From Marsupella aquatica (taxonomy: Eukaryota > Plantae > Marchantiophyta): DNA of 64,000 bases. Positions 60,006 to 64,000 of this stretch are shown here, one piece after another. The first letter of the stretch is position 1, and each line of letters opens with the position of its first letter. The stretch is taken from the NCBI GenBank assembly GCA_973895155.1, contig OZ316892.1, positions 24,947,233 to 25,011,232 on the forward strand, in the 5' to 3' direction. The position numbers were made by a program, and so were the translations under genes. The notes under the pieces are model-generated. The model worked only from the letters and a program-made list of their open reading frames with translations. It ran no database searches and was not told the origin of the DNA.

Positions 60006-60195
60006 CCAAGCTGGTTAGTATATTTTAGCATCTGAAGTGGGAGTTGGAGGTGGTCCAAAGATTTTGCCTCATCATATTGCCTACCTGGTCGGACTTATGG
60101 GGGACAAAAACCAAGCTGGTTAGTATATTTTAGCATCTGAAGTGGGAGTTGGAGGTGGTCCAGAGATTTTGCCTCATCATATTGCTTGCCTGGAC
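60006..60195. repeat. Tandem duplication, 105-bp period
   Basis: CCAAGCTGGTTAGTATATTTTAGCATCTGAAGTGGGAG... at 60006 and 60111. Confidence 0.88.
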
Positions 60196-60334
60196 TTCTG
60201 GGGAAAGAGCACCTCTGCCAGTAATCACAAATCAAAATGTGATAATATAAGGTGTGCATTGATTGACTTAAATAAAATAATAAAATTTATCACACTATTG
60301 ATTGACCTAGTACACACAAAGAGCACTTTCTAAC

Positions 60335-60634
60335 AGCTTCCTCCCCCTTGCTGTGGAGCTATTTGGGCGTCTTCATCTTCAGTTTGATGGGCTTCTTCGG
60401 CAAGCTGCCCGGGATGTTCATGGCCGAATGGGTCCCACCGGACCCCCGCTTTCTATTTTGACCACGCACTTTCGCCAACGCATTTCAGTCACCTTACAGC
60501 GTGCTCAAGCTCGGGCCATCTATCGTCGATCTCTTACAGTGGGTGCTAGTGTGCCTCCGCAGCGGCTAGCTCCCCTTGAGGATGTTCCAATCCCACTTGC
60601 CGATCTAGTTTTGACTCTTGATGTGGACCATTAG
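60335..60634 (+). pseudogene. 3' fragment of an RLE-type (CRE-like) non-LTR retrotransposon
   Basis: SFLPLAVELFGRL..LL...FRQRISVTLQRAQARAI matches the F.P.A.E..G ... QR+S+.LQR..A..+ tail of restriction-like endonuclease retroelements; followed by a T-rich tract. Confidence 0.6.
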
Positions 60635-63600
60635 CTTTTTGCCACAATCGGTAGGAATGATGAGGACCTCGGTCCGCTTGGGTTAGTTTTAGTCTCTCTC
60701 TCTTTCTTGGTTTTTAGGGGTTCCCTATTGTTCATTTCTTACTTTTAGTTCCTCTTTCTTGGTGTTTAGTGGTTCCCTTTTGCTCACTTCTTTTTCGATT
60801 GGTTTTGTCCACTTGGGCCCTCTTTTGTTTGTTCATTTGTACTCTGTTTGGTCCCTTTGTATATAAAAAGTGTGTATATTTTTATTTTTATTTTTATTTA
60901 TTATTTTTTTTTTCTAAGAGTTTTTTTGGTAAATCAAATTGTTTTCCCCAAGACTTGTGGGGAAGACAGCCAATACTTATGTTGGTCATCGAATTGTTTT
61001 CCCCCAGACTTGTGGGGCAGACAGCGAAGACTTTTGTTGGGCCATCAAATCATTTCTCCCTCAAATGGGGGAGACAGCAATTTTAAAGACTTTGTTGGTG
61101 GATAAAATTATTGTCCTCCAACTTCAAACAATCATTTGCAAGGTGAGGGCGACACTTTAGTGCTTGGTATTCCCAAACTTATTGTGCATGGAAAGTGGAC
61201 AGGACCCAACTTTAAGCTTACCAGCATTTGTCCAAACATATATTTGCCCAAACGCCTACATCACATTGTCTAAACCACAATTTAGGTTAATAGTTCCCAT
61301 TTGAGGGTTGTCTTTGTGTGATTCTATTTATTGTCTAATATGGTTTAAAGACAGTAAATAAATTAGTAAGTGGGTCCATACTGAGGAGACACAAAAAAGG
61401 GGAGACACAAAAAAACACTAGCCCAAATATTTCATATTGATACAATGAAAATTAACTAATGAACTTTATCCCTGCTCATTTATAAAACTCAACCAAACTG
61501 GCCATAAATTCACTGTCATTTCCCCTGTCACTCTGATGGAAGTGTGGCTTACCTACTCTCTAGCATATCCCCAAAATTAAAAGTGTTTGGAAATAGAATA
61601 TCAAATATTACAATTAAAACTCAAATATTTATATACTCATATATGTGTATGTAGACCTGTTACCCCTAGACTGACTTTGGTCCCCAATATTTGGCTGGGG
61701 GTTCTTGGATGGCCCCACCCAGGCCGGGCCGTGCCGTATCTCATGCGCCAAACGTCCGTTGCACATGAGGCAAACTTTGTTAGCCTTAGGCCCAAGAGGA
61801 GCTCCCACTCAAGCCCTTAGAACTCACAGTACGTCCAGAGATCTGAACGGTCCACCCTGAGCCTGGTCCTTCCCATGACCCAACCAGTTTCAAGCTAGTC
61901 TAAGTCCTTAATATGCTTCACCAACTTAGCACCTTGCCCTTGCTAGTGCAACACCTTGTTACCCACTATATAGTCTCCCCATACTTAGTCCCCTCCGGAT
62001 GGCCATTCTGGAGGCTAGGACCATAGAGGAGCTTAGCATTGAAGTCAACGATGCTAGAGCTAAGTGTTAAGGTAGTCGAGTTCCGTGACTGCCTTGTACT
62101 TTGGTTAGAGTCAAGATTATTTGATAGAGTCGAGGTTGATGTTCTGTCAAGTGTTCTTCTCGATTGAGCCTTTGTTTATGTTCTGGCAACACGTTCTTTC
62201 CACAAGAGTCATGCTTGCCATGTAACAAAATCTAAGTGTTCAAGCAGAGCCTAGTACTTTTCTTAAAGAGACATGATTAATAGAGTATTAGTTGATGTTC
62301 TACCAAATGCTTCTTTTCTATGGAATAGTGGTTTATGTTATGACAACATTTATTTCCAATCAAGTCATGCCTCTTTTGTAATAGAGTTCAAGTGTTTAGA
62401 CAAAATAAGTCTAGTAGTTTGAATAAAAGTCATGATTAATTTATAGTCTTGGTTTATTTATGGCAAACTTGGGCCAGAGCGGGCAGCAACATTGGGAACT
62501 TGGGCCGGAGCGGCCAACAATAAGTGAAGAGTTTCAAAGCATAAACCCTAAGTCAATGACACAAAGTTGATCGGGCCAGAGTGGGTGACAAAATGATAAA
62601 ATATTGTTTATGTCTTAGCAAACTTGGGCCAATGCAGACAAAACATTGGGGACTAGGACAGGTAAGGCATGGAGCCCCGGGAAAATGGGAGAGCATTAAC
62701 TTGACATAGATTTAATGCCTTGTGTTGTCTTAACTATGGACTCAAATAGATAGCTTTGGGAGCAATAATTGGAGCCGAATGAGAGCCCTCATAGCTGTCG
62801 ATCCTCATTCCTGATGACAATGCACAATGGAATCACCCTTAGTTTACATATAGGGTAATGACACTTTAGTCTAGGGTTAATAATCTATAACCCTATGACC
62901 AGAAAATGAGGAAATGAGGAAATGCTCACTAGCAAGAGGTTTTATGAGCTTTGTGTGAACAGTGAACAGGTTTCCAACTAGAACCCCAACCCAAAGAGTC
63001 ATTATCATAATATACCTGCCCCCGGAACAAGATTATGGGGCAAGATTTTGAGGGCAGTGGGTTATGGAAATGGTGGCTAGTAGAAAAGGTTATTCATGAG
63101 GAATTACTATGGCTACTTTTACTTTCCTGTACATTTGATTGACGTAACATCTCGGCGCCACCTTCTAGTGTACTCTTTCTGTCTGCTCTCTGGCGTGTTT
63201 GTTCGTGGAAGGTGGGCGCGGGCCCTTGGCTATGGCGCCCGTCATGCGTTGAGTAGGAGCTTGTCCATTGGGCCGACGACGCTGATTGCAACGCACGAGG
63301 AGGTCGTGGTGACCGAAAAGTAGAGGATGATGACGCGGAATCGCTTACTGATCGACACGATCGTTCTGTTTGTCAATTTGTCTTGAAGTGCTCGGAGTGT
63401 TTAATCGAAGAGCGAGAACCGACAAGCGGAGGCCGACTTGGTACAGACTCCAGAAATCCAATACGATTTCGCAAGTGGTGCCACCGATGAATCCCCGAAA
63501 TTGGCTGAAACGGATCGTGCGATTCACTGAGGTGCATTGGCCCCGCAGCAATTTGCATCGTAGGGCGTGAAAGGTTCGCTTTCGAAAGATCGATCCTGCG

Positions 63601-64000
63601 GTTGCGTTTCAGTCGTAGGCGCGAGAGCACTGAAATAGGCGCTATTGATAGGCAGCACAATGATGTATATGAGTATATCGCGTGGCTTGAAATTTGCAAA
63701 CTAATGATTATTGCAGTACTATTGTCGTCACACGATACCGATGATTGAGGAGATCAATCGAACCAAATTACCAAAGTGACGAGGATCTTATATTCTGCTT
63801 GGAAAAACAACAGCCAGGTCGACCTAGTTAGTTTGAAAATTCAAATTTGTGGAGAGCCGGTCCGACCGAGGTCGTCCTAGAAGAACGGGCAGCCGTTAGG
63901 GGTTGATGACGATGTTGTGAACTTGTGATCCTCATAACTTCCAAAGTGACTTTGCTACATAGTTTTGTCGTTTTACGTGAAGAAAATGTCGAATTTTTTT

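Noticed and set aside
61580-64000. Short ORFs and a CpG-richer stretch at the window end
   Set aside because: No motif or consistent exon structure; it may be a promoter or UTR of a gene outside the window but this cannot be supported.

Overview
Eukaryotic, transposon-dense DNA, most likely from a non-seed land plant such as a liverwort or moss (inferred from spliceosomal introns and plant-type CACTA, Harbinger, Ty3/Gypsy and L1 remnants). The only clear host gene is a two-exon BTB/POZ gene (5884-6910). The centrepiece is a decayed Ty3/Gypsy retrotransposon at 10267-39400 (about 8.9 kb without nested inserts) that landed in a Harbinger transposase with a 4-bp TSD (ATCC). Its polyprotein order is Gag - protease - DNMT3-like cytosine methyltransferase - RT - RNase H - DDE integrase - PHD finger. 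Its termini are split direct repeats (A1...B1-A2-B2) rather than two ordinary LTRs, and it has a Tf1-like 11-nt self-priming site. The A2/B2 junction is exactly the predicted 2-LTR circle junction, which suggests integration of a circular intermediate through an internal att site. Nested in it are a 2.5-kb solo LTR and a 17.7-kb CACTA element carrying an EDM2/NSD-like PHD cluster and a ~575-bp satellite. A second nest (41931-57896) is a ~4.8-kb solo LTR with long ORFs inside the LTR, interrupted by another TG..CA element that holds a gag-pol fragment and a MITE. All calls are by-eye motif and repeat recognition; no database searches were run.
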